A DNA stretch of 63,492 bases, the filler included, from Reticulomyxa filosa (lineage: Eukaryota > Protista > Foraminifera), in NCBI GenBank assembly GCA_000512085.1. It is 17 parts of 17 records of this genome, joined end to end, with 100 filler letters (N's around TTAATTAATTAA, not from the genome) between each part and the next. Parts side by side here need not be neighbours in the genome. Positions count along the whole stretch, not along the records: positions 62,111 to 63,492 come from ASPP01017042.1; 16 more parts are not named here. One strand, 5' to 3'. The notes beneath the pieces are model-generated. The model did no database searches. It worked only from the letters and a program-made list of their open reading frames with translations, and was not told where the DNA came from. This document shows positions 62,407 through 63,492 of this stretch, in pieces; position 1 is the first letter of the stretch; every line of letters starts with the position of its first letter. The translations under genes were made by a program, and so were the position numbers.

Positions 62407-63426
62407 TCACGCCGCCAGCAGATGCTCCGCGATCTGGACGGCGTTCAGCGCGGCCCCTTTCAGGAGCTGGTCGCCGGCCACGAACAGCGAGATCGAGTGG
62501 CCGGTCGGGTCGCCCAGGTCCTGGCGGATGCGCCCGACCAGGATGTCGTCCTGCTGGCTGGCATCGCGCGGCATCGGGAAGATGTTGCGTTCGCGGTCGT
62601 CAACCAGACGCACGCCCGGCGCGTCGGCGAGCAATGCGCGAACGCGGGCTTCACTGATCGGGTTCTCGCACTCGAAGGTGATGGCGGCAGCGTGGGCACG
62701 CAGCACCGGCACGCGTACGCAGGTCGCCGACAGGCGCAGCTCCTCGTCGCCGTAGATCTTGCGGGTTTCGCGCATGACCTTGGTCTCCTCGTCGTTGTAG
62801 CCCGTTGCCGGATCGATCACGGTGTTATGGCTGAACAGGTTGAAGGCATAGGGATGCGGCAGCACCCTGGGCTGGAAGCTGCGGCCGTCGAGATAGGCGC
62901 GCGTTGAATCTGCCAGCTCGTCCATTGCCGCCGCACCGGCGCCCGAGGCGGCCTGGTAGGTCGCGATGGTCATGCGCCGGATGCGGTTCTGCCGGTGGAT
63001 CGGCCATAGCGGCGTGATGGCGATGATCGCCGCGCAGTTGGGGTTGGCGACGATGCCCTTGTGGCCCGCAATGGCGCCAGCGTTGATCTCGGGGATCACC
63101 AGGGGCACCTCGGGATCCATGCGGAAGGCCGAGGAATTGTCGACCACGATGGCGCCGGCCGCGACGGCGATCGGAGCATAGCGCTTCGAGATGCCGCCGC
63201 CCGCCGAGAAGAGGGCTATGTCCACGCCCTCGAAGCTCTTTTCGGTCAGCTCCTGGACCACCAGCGCCCTTCCGTCGAACGACAGCTCGCGGCCGACCGA
63301 GCGGGCGGAGGCGAGCAGGCGCAGTTCCTTCACCGGGAAGCGGCGCGCGGCCAGGCAGCGCAGGAACTCGACGCCGACGGCGCCGGTCGCGCCGACGATT
63401 GCCACTGTGAGAGGTCTCGGACTCAT
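62407..63426 (-). CDS. asd: Aspartate-semialdehyde dehydrogenase
   Basis: VAIVGATGAVG, LFSAGG, VDNSSAFRM, VANPNC, TYQAASGAG, ATCVRVPVLRAH, GDQLLKGAALNAVQIAE. An AAGGAG RBS precedes ATG 63426. Confidence 0.97.
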   Translation of the reverse strand: MSPRPLTVAIVGATGAVGVEFLRCLAARRFPVKELRLLASARSVGRELSFDGRALVVQELTEKSFEGVDIALFSAGGGISKRYAPIAVAAGAIVVDNSSAFRMDPEVPLVIPEINAGAIAGHKGIVANPNCAAIIAITPLWPIHRQNRIRRMTIATYQAASGAGAAAMDELADSTRAYLDGRSFQPRVLPHPYAFNLFSHNTVIDPATGYNDEETKVMRETRKIYGDEELRLSATCVRVPVLRAHAAAITFECENPISEARVRALLADAPGVRLVDDRERNIFPMPRDASQQDDILVGRIRQDLGDPTGHSISLFVAGDQLLKGAALNAVQIAEHLLAA

Positions 63427-63492
63427 GTCTGTCTCCTTCGTTTGAGGCCGGGAGACGGACGCCTGAAAAGTCAAAGGCCCCGTCCGAAACCG

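Noticed and set aside
62262-63445. Plus-strand ORFs overlapping asd
   Set aside because: Antisense shadows expected in high-GC coding DNA.
35117-63492. Horizontal transfer of etfA or asd into the eukaryote, or a cross-contig gene cluster
   Set aside because: The bacterial sequences fill whole contigs bounded by linkers, with no physical linkage to host DNA.

Overview
This window is not one locus. It is 17 unrelated assembly contigs joined by artificial 100-bp linkers (N44-TTAATTAATTAA-N44). Fifteen contigs come from an AT-rich, intron-rich, microsatellite-rich eukaryote; gene content and style suggest a foraminiferan/rhizarian such as Reticulomyxa filosa (inference). Two contigs are bacterial: 35117-36218 (gammaproteobacterial-like etfA plus a lipoprotein) and 62111-63492 (GC-rich alphaproteobacterial-like regulator plus asd). 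Recognisable eukaryotic genes are OCRL/INPP5B, a UEV-coiled-coil-PH protein, lipase maturation factor, a degenerate SDR, a 7TM-RGS, an LPCAT-type acyltransferase, an atypical bromodomain protein, a split-UBL/IDR protein, a poly-RPEL protein, a split-RGS protein, an intronless putative glycosyltransferase, PP2A B56, a class III cyclase, a NEURL4-like ART-fold protein and NBAS/Sec39. There are also Tc1/mariner relics, a TA-flanked MITE and several nonsense-riddled pseudogenes. The most striking unexplained structure is the intron architecture. Many introns run U-rich from the GT donor and A-rich, often pure poly-A, right up to the AG acceptor, with no polypyrimidine tract. Several fold into long hairpins built from complementary microsatellites, including a 40-bp stem whose only non-Watson-Crick pairs are G-U. 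A mirror-image A-to-T synonymous-codon switch occurs inside a long exon. The second highlight is an RPEL-repeat protein built by exact exon-module duplication. All spliced models were derived by hand without transcript data. Many single-base frameshifts fall in homopolymers and look like sequencing errors.
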